From Candidatus Pullichristensenella sp. (GTDB lineage Bacteria; Bacillota; Clostridia; Christensenellales; Aristaeellaceae), in assembly GCA_040772885.1 (NCBI GenBank), contig JAXGXF010000003.1, positions 190,373-254,372 on the forward strand: a stretch of DNA of 64,000 nucleotides, read 5' to 3'. Of this stretch, positions 20,145 to 27,909 are shown piece after piece. Each line of letters opens with the position of its first letter. Position 1 is the stretch's first letter. Both the position numbers and the translations under genes were made by a program. The notes below the pieces were generated by a model. That model saw only the letters and a program-made list of their open reading frames with translations, did no database searches and was not told the origin of the DNA.

Positions 20145-21278
20145 ATGCTGAAAAAGACACTCTTGATGCTGTGCGTTTTGGCGGTGCTGCTTTCGGGCGC
20201 GGGGGCCTATGCGAAGATCAACTGGTCGGTCAAGGCGCCGGAGGACGGCGCGGCGGACGCGCTTCCGGGCGGCGTCGGGCTGCTCTTCGACCGGAACGGC
20301 ATTCGGCTCGAGGTCACCTCGATCGAGTTCCGCAGCGGGGAGCTGCCGAATCTGCACTTCGACGTATGGATCGAAAACGAATCCGGCGGCACGCTGAACC
20401 TGCACTTTGACGACGTCTACGTCGACGGCGAGGAGGTCAACGGCATCGGCATCTACGACCTCGCCTCCGGGAAATCGATCCCCGAGTATTTCTTCCTCGA
20501 GCCGTTCGAGGGGCAGAGCGAGGAGATTCTCCGGAACCCGCGCGAGATATCGTTCAACATCCGCGTGCAGTTCGACTCGACCGGCGCCGACTTCTTCACG
20601 CAGCCGTGCCGCATGACCGGGCCGCTGAGCATGGCGGCGGCGACCGCGTACCCGACCGTCCAACCGACGGCCGCGCCGGACTACCCGTGGCTCGAGAAGG
20701 GCGACGAGGGGAGCGACGTGCGAAGGCTGCAGCTCGCGCTGATCTCGCTGGGCTACCTGTCCGGCACCGCGGACGGCGTCTACGGGAACCAGACCGCACA
20801 GGCCGTGTACGACTTCCGCAAGCAGAACGGGCTGCTCATCGGCATCTACGACGACGAGGCGTCGCCCGACGTGCAGGCGGTGCTGTTCGGAGGCTACGCG
20901 GAGCCGTACACAGAGCCCCCGTTCTCACTCGAAATCTTCGCCGGGTCGAACGCCCAGTGGGAGGATGTGTCGGGCGACAGGCTCAAGATACACGTGCAGG
21001 TGCGAAACGTCGCGAAGTACCGGACCGTCAAGGCGTTCGAGCTCTACATGTACGCGACCGACGTCTGGGGCGAGCCCATCTACGGCGAGGATCAGGTCTA
21101 CTACGCGACGACGACGAAGAACATAGGCCCCGGAAAGACCGCCTACAGCGACTACATGGTCATTTCGGACAGGAGCCGGATCGACAAGGTTTACGTCGGC
21201 ATCAGCAAGATCGTCTACACAAACGGCACGGTCGAGGAGCCGTCGAGCGTGGAGTACTGGAGCTGGGAGATCTGGTAG
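20145..21278 (+). CDS. secreted protein with a central peptidoglycan-binding (PG_binding_1-like) domain
   Basis: The ORF is trimmed to the ATG at 20145 behind AAGGAG. The signal peptide is MLKKTLLMLCVLAVLLSGAGAYA. The PG-binding motif is DVRRLQLALISLGYLSGTADGVYGNQTAQAV. Confidence 0.7.
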   Translation: MLKKTLLMLCVLAVLLSGAGAYAKINWSVKAPEDGAADALPGGVGLLFDRNGIRLEVTSIEFRSGELPNLHFDVWIENESGGTLNLHFDDVYVDGEEVNGIGIYDLASGKSIPEYFFLEPFEGQSEEILRNPREISFNIRVQFDSTGADFFTQPCRMTGPLSMAAATAYPTVQPTAAPDYPWLEKGDEGSDVRRLQLALISLGYLSGTADGVYGNQTAQAVYDFRKQNGLLIGIYDDEASPDVQAVLFGGYAEPYTEPPFSLEIFAGSNAQWEDVSGDRLKIHVQVRNVAKYRTVKAFELYMYATDVWGEPIYGEDQVYYATTTKNIGPGKTAYSDYMVISDRSRIDKVYVGISKIVYTNGTVEEPSSVEYWSWEIW

Positions 21279-21281
21279 ACG

Positions 21282-21309
21282 GCATCAAAAAACCGCGGGT
21301 TTTTGATGC
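21282..21309 (+). terminator. stem-loop just after the stop (possible terminator)
   Basis: GCATCAAAAAACC-GCG-GGTTTTTGATGC with one bulged A. The U-run lies inside the stem, so the call is weak. Confidence 0.4.
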
Positions 21310-21521
21310 GCAGGGGCCGGTCGCCTGAAATTCTCTCGAATTTCCGTGCGGCGACCGGAGGGGGTGGGCATTTTTCTCCGCCAACGCAAGCGTTGGCTCC
21401 CAAAAAATGCCGCGAAGCCGACGTACACGCCGTCGGCTTCGATTTTACAGGCGGTTCTGCAATCCATTGTTGATAATCCGGGGGCCGCGCCGCGCGACCC
21501 TCGTTTTTTGCGTTTTGGGGA

Positions 21522-22718
21522 TTACTTCCCGATCAACTCCAGCGTATCCCTCGCGATCGAGATCTCCTCGTTCGTCGGGATGACCCAGACCTGCACTGTG
21601 CTGTCCGGCGCGGAGATCGGGCCCTCGGCGGCGCGGGTTGAATCGTTCGCCGCCGGGTCGAGCTTCACGCCCAGGAACTCGAGCCCCTCGAGGATCAGCG
21701 CGCGCGCGCGGCAGTCGTTCTCGCCGATGCCGGCGGTGAAGACGATCGCGTCGAGCCCGCCCATCGCGGCGGCGTAGGCGCCGATGTACTTGCGGATGCG
21801 GTACGCCCAGATGTCGATCGTGATCTTCGCCATCTCGTTTCCGGCGTTCGCGGCGGCCCAGACGTCGCGCATGTCGCTCGACACGCCGGACAGGCCCAGA
21901 AGCCCCGACTTCTTGTTCAGGAAGTTCACGACCTCGCCGACGGTCATGTGCTCGCTGTCGGCGATGTACTCGACGATCGCGGGGTCGACGTCGCCCGAGC
22001 GCGTGCCCATGAGGACGCCCTCGAGAGGCGTCAGGCCCATCGACGTGTCGACGCACTTGCCGTTGACGCAGGCGCTCAAGGACGAGCCGTTCCCGAGGTG
22101 GCAGACGACGATCTTGCTCTCCTTGCCGGTAAACCCGAGCAGCTCGACCGCGCGCGCGGAGACGAAGCGGTGGCTCGTGCCGTGGAAGCCGTAGCGGCGG
22201 ATGTGGTGCTTTTTATAGAACTCATAGGGCACGCCGTAGAGGTACGCCTTCTTCGGCATCGTCTGGTGGAACGCCGTGTCGAACACCGCGACCATCGGCG
22301 TATTCGGCATGACCGCCTGGCACGCGCGTATGCCCATCAGATTCGCCGGGTTGTGCAGGGGCCCGAGCGGGATGTACTCCTCGATCGCGTCGATGACCGG
22401 CTGCGTGATGATGCAGGACGCGGTGAACTTCTCGCCGCCGTGCAGCACGCGGTGGCCGACCGCGGCGATCTCCGAGATCGACGAGATCGCGCCGTGGTCC
22501 TCGTCGAGCAGCGCCTCGAGCACGACGCCCATCGCCTGCGTGTGGTCGCGGATGTCCTTGTCGAGCGTGAACTTGCCGTCGCCGAAGCTGTGGCAGAGCT
22601 TGCCGCCGGGGATGCCGATGCGCTCGACGATGCCCTTGGCGAGGATCGACTCGTCGGTCATGTCGATCAATTGGTATTTCAGGGAGGACGATCCGGCGTT
22701 GATGATCAGTATTTTCAT
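21522..22718 (-). CDS. ackA: acetate kinase
   Basis: 398 aa with MKILIINAGSSSLKYQL and full-length AckA-like sequence. Confidence 0.96.
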   Translation of the reverse strand: MKILIINAGSSSLKYQLIDMTDESILAKGIVERIGIPGGKLCHSFGDGKFTLDKDIRDHTQAMGVVLEALLDEDHGAISSISEIAAVGHRVLHGGEKFTASCIITQPVIDAIEEYIPLGPLHNPANLMGIRACQAVMPNTPMVAVFDTAFHQTMPKKAYLYGVPYEFYKKHHIRRYGFHGTSHRFVSARAVELLGFTGKESKIVVCHLGNGSSLSACVNGKCVDTSMGLTPLEGVLMGTRSGDVDPAIVEYIADSEHMTVGEVVNFLNKKSGLLGLSGVSSDMRDVWAAANAGNEMAKITIDIWAYRIRKYIGAYAAAMGGLDAIVFTAGIGENDCRARALILEGLEFLGVKLDPAANDSTRAAEGPISAPDSTVQVWVIPTNEEISIARDTLELIGK

Positions 22719-22751
22719 ATGTTTCTCCTCGCTTCGCGGGAATTTGGGGCT

Positions 22752-23741
22752 CTACGCCTGCGCCTGCGCGGCGGTGATCGCGACGGTGGCGACGATGTCC
22801 TCGACGGAGCAGCCGCGGGACAGGTCGTTGCAGGGCTTCGCGATGCCCTGGAGGATCGGGCCGTAGGCCTCGGCGCCCGCGAGACGCTGCACGAGCTTGT
22901 AGCCGATGTTCGCGCTCTCGAGGCCGGGGAACACCAGCGTGTTCGCCTTCCCGGCGACCGGGCTTCCGGGGGCCTTCAACTTGCCGACGGATTCGACGAT
23001 CGCCGCGTCGAGCTGCAGCTCGCCGTCGATCTGCACGTCGGGTGCCATCTGCCTGGCGAGCCCGGTCGCCTGCTGGACCTTCGTCACGAGGTCGTGCTTG
23101 GCGCTTCCCTTCGTCGAGAACGAGAGCATCGCGACCCTCGGCTCGAACCCCGCGAGCGCGCGCGCCGATTCCGCCGCGCCGACGGCGATGTTCGCGAGCT
23201 CCTCGGCGGTCGGGTCGACGACGACCGCGCAATCGGCGAAGATCATCACGCCGTCCTCGCCGTATTGGGCGTCCTTCATCTCCATCAGGAAGCAGGAGGA
23301 GACGGTCTTGATGCCGGGCTTCGGCTTGATGATCTGCAGCGCCGGGCGCAGCATGTCGCCGGTCGAGTGGATCGCGCCGGAGACGAGCCCGTCCGCGTCC
23401 CCCACCTTGACCATCATGACGCCAAAGTACATCGGGTCCCTGACGAGCCTTGCCGCCTCTTCCTCGGTCATGCCCTTCGCCTTGCGGAGCTCGAACAGCG
23501 TGCTCGCGTACTGCGCGGACTTCGGGGAAGCCGCCGGGTCGACGATCTCGACGCCCGGGAGCGGCGCGCCGTCCGCGACCTCGCGAACCTTTTCCGGGTT
23601 TCCCAGAAGCGTCAATTTCGCCAGGCCCTCCGAGGCGATGATCGAGGCGGCCCGCACATTTCGAACCTCCTCGCCCTCGGGAAGCACGATGTGCCGAACG
23701 TCGGCCTTCGCCTTTGCCTTGATCCTGTCGATAAGCGCCAT
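22752..23741 (-). CDS. pta: phosphate acetyltransferase
   Basis: The ORF is trimmed to the ATG at 23741 (MALIDRIKAKAK...IVLPEGEE) behind GGAGGGACGTTC. It lies upstream of ackA. Confidence 0.93.
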   Translation of the reverse strand: MALIDRIKAKAKADVRHIVLPEGEEVRNVRAASIIASEGLAKLTLLGNPEKVREVADGAPLPGVEIVDPAASPKSAQYASTLFELRKAKGMTEEEAARLVRDPMYFGVMMVKVGDADGLVSGAIHSTGDMLRPALQIIKPKPGIKTVSSCFLMEMKDAQYGEDGVMIFADCAVVVDPTAEELANIAVGAAESARALAGFEPRVAMLSFSTKGSAKHDLVTKVQQATGLARQMAPDVQIDGELQLDAAIVESVGKLKAPGSPVAGKANTLVFPGLESANIGYKLVQRLAGAEAYGPILQGIAKPCNDLSRGCSVEDIVATVAITAAQAQA

Positions 23742-23828
23742 GAACGTCCCTCCATATGCCGAATTAAATTTTCCCATCTACCTATTATACGATATAAATG
23801 CCGGTTTGAAAAGGCATATTTGTAAACT

Positions 23829-24275
23829 TTAGCGCCGTGCGGCGTCAAAAAACCGTACAAGAAGCAGGCGGCACTCGGCCTCGAGCACGCCTCCGTCGAT
23901 CCTGCAGAAGTGGATGAACGCCGGGTCCTCGGGGATGCGGTAGACGCTGCCCGCGCAGCCCTGCTTTTCGTCGTACGCGCCGAACACGAGCCGCCGGACG
24001 CGCGCCTGCGAGATCGCGCCGGCGCACATCGGGCAGGGCTCGAGCGTCACGTACAGGTCGCAGTCGTACAGCCGCCAGTTCCCGAGCGCCTCCGCGGCGG
24101 CCCGGATCGCGAGCATCTCCGCGTGCGCGGTGGGGTCGCGGAGCTCCTCGCGGCGGTTGCGCGCGCGGGCGATGATCTCGCCGTTCAGGGCGATCGCGCA
24201 GCCGACCGGCGCCTCGCCGGCCTTCAGCGCCTCCTCGGCCTCCGCGAGCGCCTGGCGCATGAAGAACTCGTCCAT
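23829..24275 (-). CDS. tadA: tRNA-specific adenosine deaminase
   Basis: The ORF is trimmed to the ATG at 24275. The CDA zinc motifs HAEMLAI and PCPMCAGA are present. Confidence 0.9.
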   Translation of the reverse strand: MDEFFMRQALAEAEEALKAGEAPVGCAIALNGEIIARARNRREELRDPTAHAEMLAIRAAAEALGNWRLYDCDLYVTLEPCPMCAGAISQARVRRLVFGAYDEKQGCAGSVYRIPEDPAFIHFCRIDGGVLEAECRLLLVRFFDAARR

Positions 24276-24402
24276 TTGCACCCCTCCCCGCATAATTATA
24301 CCCCGTTTTGGAAATTTTCGCAAGAATCGGTTCTTTTTCGGGCGCTTCGATTAGAACTTGATGAACGTTTGCGATATCGGTTCTGTTTTTATAACCAACC
24401 GC

Positions 24403-24431
24403 TTGACAGCGGGCGCGCTTTGGTATACATT
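24403..24431 (+). promoter_or_regulatory. putative promoter of the 24458..26964 operon
   Basis: TTGACA lies at 24403..24408. TGGTATACATT follows, giving either an extended -10 TATACA with a 15-nt spacer or TACATT with a 17-nt spacer. Confidence 0.4.
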
Positions 24432-24457
24432 GTGTTGGACGAAAGGACGAGAGGCAG

Positions 24458-24865
24458 ATGTTTCAGAGATTCCGTTGCGCGCTGGCGCGGTTCATGCAGG
24501 GCAGGCACGGCTACGACCAGCTGACGCGGTTCATGCTGTGGGCGGCGCTCGCGTTTTACGCGCTGGGGATATTCCCGCCGATCTGGTTTCTGGGGTACGT
24601 CGGGCTCGCGATACTGATCCTGGCGCTTCTGCGCGTGTTTTCGAAAAACGTGTCGCAGAGGGTGCTCGAAAACGCCAAATACCTGCAGCTTTCGGCAAAG
24701 ATACGCACGGGGATACCGCAGGCGCGCGCCCGCTTCAAAAACCGCAGGGAGTACAAGTACTTCCGCTGCCCGAAGTGCCGCTCGTGGCTGAAGCTCAAGC
24801 GCGGCGCGGGCGAGGGCACGCTGACCTGCGGAAACTGCAAGCACTCGTTCAAGGTCAAGGCCTGA
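24458..24865 (+). CDS. membrane protein with C-terminal zinc ribbon (CPKC...CGNC)
   Basis: 135 aa with two TM helices, then FRCPKCRSWLKLKRGAGEGTLTCGNCKHSF. The stop overlaps the next start (TGATG). Confidence 0.7.
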   Translation: MFQRFRCALARFMQGRHGYDQLTRFMLWAALAFYALGIFPPIWFLGYVGLAILILALLRVFSKNVSQRVLENAKYLQLSAKIRTGIPQARARFKNRREYKYFRCPKCRSWLKLKRGAGEGTLTCGNCKHSFKVKA

Positions 24866-25695
24866 TGTTCGGCTACGTGATGGCGAACCGGGACGCGCTT
24901 TCCCAGGATGAGCGCGACCGGTTTCAGGCGCTCTACTGCGGGCTGTGCCGCGCGCTTCGGACGCGCCACGGGCTGCGCGGGCAGATGACCTTGAGCTTCG
25001 ACATGACGTTTCTCTTGATGACGCTCAATTCGCTCTACGAGCCGATCGAGAAGCGCGGCCGCGAGCGGTGCTGGATGCGCCCGGGGAAGCGGCACGCGTA
25101 TGTGCTTACGATGTTCTCGGACTACGCGGCGGACATGAACGTCGCGCTCGCGTACCACAAGTTCCGGGACGACTGGGCGGACGACCGGAACCTCGTCCGG
25201 CGCACCGAGGCGGGGCTGCTCAGGAGGAGCTACCGCAGGGTCGAGCTGCTCTACCCGGAGAAGTGCGCGGCGGTCGAAAAGGGCATTCGGGCGCTCTCCG
25301 AGATCGAGAAGCGCCGCGGCGGGGGGATCGACGCCCCGGCGAACTGCTTCGGCCAGCTGCTCGGCGAATTGTTCGCCTACCGGGACGACCACTGGGCGGG
25401 GACGCTGCGCTCGATGGGCGCGGAGCTCGGCAAGTTCATCTACGTGATGGACGCCTACGACGACCTCGAGGACGACCGCAAGAAGGGCGCGTACAACCCG
25501 CTCTCGGAGCTCGGCGGCGAGGCGTTCGAGGAAACCGTGCATGCGGCGCTGACGATGCTGATCGCCCGGTGCACCGGCGAGTTCGAGAAGCTGCCGCTCT
25601 TCGAGGACGTCGAAATCCTCCGCAACATCCTCTATTCGGGCGTGTGGACGCAATACCTTTCCATACAGGCCAGGCGGAAGGGAGAGGCAAAATGA
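24865..25695 (+). CDS. DUF5685-like all-helical protein with two Asp-rich motifs
   Basis: The ORF 24358..25695 is trimmed to [13 protein letters not shown]...YCGLCRAL. From memory, MFGYV...YCGLC is the DUF5685 N-terminal signature. The Asp-rich motifs are FRDDWADD and [18 protein letters not shown]. Confidence 0.75.
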   Translation: MFGYVMANRDALSQDERDRFQALYCGLCRALRTRHGLRGQMTLSFDMTFLLMTLNSLYEPIEKRGRERCWMRPGKRHAYVLTMFSDYAADMNVALAYHKFRDDWADDRNLVRRTEAGLLRRSYRRVELLYPEKCAAVEKGIRALSEIEKRRGGGIDAPANCFGQLLGELFAYRDDHWAGTLRSMGAELGKFIYVMDAYDDLEDDRKKGAYNPLSELGGEAFEETVHAALTMLIARCTGEFEKLPLFEDVEILRNILYSGVWTQYLSIQARRKGEAK

Positions 25696-26396
25696 TACAG
25701 GATCCCTACCGGGTGCTCGGGCTCTCCCCGAACGCGTCCGACGACGAGGTCAAGGCCGCGTACCGCAGGCTCGCGAAGCAATACCATCCCGACCTGCACG
25801 GCGGGTCCGCCGAGGCCGAGGCGAAGATGAAGGAGATCAACGCCGCCTATTCGCAGATCATGAACCGCTCGACCGGAGGTTCCGGCCCCGCCAACGGCGG
25901 CTACGGGCGGCAGGGAACCGGCACTGCCGGCGGGCGGCAGGGATACGGCGGATGGCAGGGAACCGGCACTGCCGGCGGATGGGACAGCTGGGGCGGCTGG
26001 TGGAACCAGCAGCAGACCGCGGGCGCGCAGGAGAGCCCGCAGATGCAGGCCGCGCGCAACTACATCAACGCCGGCCACTATCGGGAGGCGCTGAACGTGC
26101 TCGAGGGCATACAGGAGCGCGGCGCGCGCTGGTATTATTATGCAGCCGCGGCGAACATGGGCCTTAACAACAACATCGCGGCGCTGAACTACGCGCGGCA
26201 GGCGGTCAACATGGACCCGGCGAACCTCGAGTACCGCCAGCTTCTGCACCGCCTCGAGTACGCGGGCCAGAGCTATCAGGCCGCGGGCAGGCGCTACGGC
26301 ATGCCGAACCTGAACAGCGCCTGCACGTGGCTGTGCCTTTCGCAGCTTCTGCTCTCCTGCTGCTGCGGGTCGCGCGGGTATTATTTCTGTTGCTGA
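25692..26396 (+). CDS. J-domain protein with a G/W/Q-rich linker, TPR-like repeat and C-terminal cysteine string
   Basis: The J domain is [33 protein letters not shown], with the HPD motif present. A TPR-like segment is [18 protein letters not shown]...[13 protein letters not shown]. The tail is [24 protein letters not shown]. The ATGA start overlaps the upstream stop. Confidence 0.85.
   Translation: MIQDPYRVLGLSPNASDDEVKAAYRRLAKQYHPDLHGGSAEAEAKMKEINAAYSQIMNRSTGGSGPANGGYGRQGTGTAGGRQGYGGWQGTGTAGGWDSWGGWWNQQQTAGAQESPQMQAARNYINAGHYREALNVLEGIQERGARWYYYAAAANMGLNNNIAALNYARQAVNMDPANLEYRQLLHRLEYAGQSYQAAGRRYGMPNLNSACTWLCLSQLLLSCCCGSRGYYFCC
25911..25978 (+). repeat. in-frame 23-bp direct repeat (CAGGGAACCGGCACTGCCGGCGG) at 25911..25933 and 25956..25978, period 45 nt
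   Basis: Read directly from the sequence. It encodes a duplicated QGTGTAGG in the J-protein linker. Confidence 0.9.
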
Positions 26397-26409
26397 GGAG
26401 GATTTTTCA

Positions 26410-26964
26410 ATGTACACCAGAGACGACGCATGGAAGCTGCTGACCGAGTACAACCGGGGGGAATTTCACCTGAAGCACGCGCGGGTCGTCGAGGACGTGA
26501 TGCGCTGGTACGCCGCCGAGCTGGGATACCGGGACGAGGCGGACTTCTGGGCGACGGTCGGGCTTCTGCACGATCTGGACTTTGAGATGTTCCCGGACGA
26601 GCACTGCGCAAAGGCCGGGGAAATCCTCCGCGAGCGCGGCTGGGACGAGAGATTGATCCGCGCGGTCGTGAGCCACGGCTACGGGATCGCCTCGGACGTG
26701 AAGCCCGAGCACGTCATGGAAAAGGTGCTCTTCGCCGCGGACGAATTGACCGGATTGATCGGCGCGGCGGCGGTCATGCGCCCGTCGAGGAGCGTCCAGG
26801 ACCTCGAGGTCAGCTCCGTCAGGAAGAAATTCAAGGACAAAAAATTCGCCGCGGGCTGCTCCCGCGACGTGATCCTGCAGGGGGCGGAGATGCTCGATTG
26901 GACGCTCGACGAATTGATCGAAAAGACGATTCTCGCGATGCGCGAGAGCTCCGCCGTCGACTGA
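26410..26964 (+). CDS. HD-domain phosphohydrolase
   Basis: 184 aa with HLKHARVV...GLLHDLDFE (H...HD motif). The RBS GAGGAGG precedes it, and it starts 13 nt after the J-protein stop. Confidence 0.85.
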   Translation: MYTRDDAWKLLTEYNRGEFHLKHARVVEDVMRWYAAELGYRDEADFWATVGLLHDLDFEMFPDEHCAKAGEILRERGWDERLIRAVVSHGYGIASDVKPEHVMEKVLFAADELTGLIGAAAVMRPSRSVQDLEVSSVRKKFKDKKFAAGCSRDVILQGAEMLDWTLDELIEKTILAMRESSAVD

Positions 26965-26977
26965 CCCCTGTAAAGCG

Positions 26978-27007
26978 AAGCGGATGCGCCGTTCTGCGCA
27001 TCCGCTT
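26978..27007. terminator. 12-bp perfect hairpin between convergent genes
   Basis: AAGCGGATGCGC-CGTTCT-GCGCATCCGCTT. The flanking U-runs are weak on both strands. Confidence 0.55.
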
Positions 27008-27012
27008 TGTCG

Positions 27013-27762
27013 TCATTCAACTGGGAGGTGTGCCTCGAGCGCCCCGACCCGCTCCGCGAGCAGCTCGCAGAACTCCGGCAGCGCCTTCGTGCGCTCGTCC
27101 TCGGGCGTCGCCAGGAACAGCTTCGCCTCGTCGACGACCCGCTGCGCGGCGTCGATCAAATCGCTCGAGCCGCCGGAATCGCGCATGCCGAGCAGGTGCC
27201 TGGTCAGGGTGTCGAGAGCGCGCGCGAGCTCCGCGTCGCCCATGCGCCGGGCCTCGTCGACGAGCCCCTGGCAGGCCGCCGACATGTCGGGGCGGATCCG
27301 GTGGTTGACCTGCGGCTGGTCGCAGAGTATCCCCCGCGCGTTGAGCCTTTCGACCATGTGCCGAACGTAGTCGGGCCGGCTCTTGATGATCGACCGGTAC
27401 TTGTTCTGGTAGCGCAGCATCAGGCTGTGGTCGCCGCCGGAGAGCTTCTGCAGGCACGAGCGCACGCTCTGCCCCTGCGAGCGCGCGGTCAGCACCTGCT
27501 CCATCAGCCAGTCGACCTCCTGCTGTGTAAACGGCACGAAGCGCGCCGTGCGCTCCTGGCCGCCCTCCCTCTTTTGCACCTGCGCGTAATAGTAATTTCG
27601 TATGCTGTTGGGGCGGCGGCCCGTCTTTTCGGCAATGCGCTCGAATACGGCCTTCAGAGGAAGGCCCTGCTGCTGTGCCTCGTCCGCCGTTTCCCAGAGG
27701 AGATTGTTCTCAAATTCGCTCCATCCCGTACGTCTTCCCGTGCGCGAAACCGCCTGTTCCAT
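27013..27762 (-). CDS. RsfA-like Myb/SANT-domain transcriptional regulator (two Myb-like repeats)
   Basis: The 637-aa ORF is trimmed to the ATG at 27762 behind GGAGGGGAAATAT. The first repeat is GWSEFENNLLWETADEAQQQGLPLKAVFERIAEKTGRRPNSIRNYYY. The second is FTQQEVDWLMEQV...LRYQNKYRSIIK. Confidence 0.7.
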   Translation of the reverse strand: MEQAVSRTGRRTGWSEFENNLLWETADEAQQQGLPLKAVFERIAEKTGRRPNSIRNYYYAQVQKREGGQERTARFVPFTQQEVDWLMEQVLTARSQGQSVRSCLQKLSGGDHSLMLRYQNKYRSIIKSRPDYVRHMVERLNARGILCDQPQVNHRIRPDMSAACQGLVDEARRMGDAELARALDTLTRHLLGMRDSGGSSDLIDAAQRVVDEAKLFLATPEDERTKALPEFCELLAERVGALEAHLPVE

Positions 27763-27859
27763 ATATTTCCCCTCCAAACTGCTTGCTGATACAGAGTATG
27801 CACGAACTATGACGGCAATATACTGATTCGGCAAATTCGTGGAAATATTTTTGCGGGGG

Positions 27860-27888
27860 TGCCCAAGGGCGGCGGCGTATGCTATAAT
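27860..27888 (+). promoter_or_regulatory. extended -10 promoter upstream of the mreB-like gene
   Basis: TGCTATAAT lies at 27880..27888. The -35 is weak (TGCCCA). Confidence 0.4.
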
Positions 27889-27909
27889 TGTCCGACGGGA
27901 GGGATGGAC

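Noticed and set aside
24358-24864. In-frame upstream extension of the DUF5685-like ORF
   Set aside because: It overlaps the better-supported Zn-ribbon gene in another frame. MFGYV at 24865 matches the family N-terminus and the TGATG coupling.
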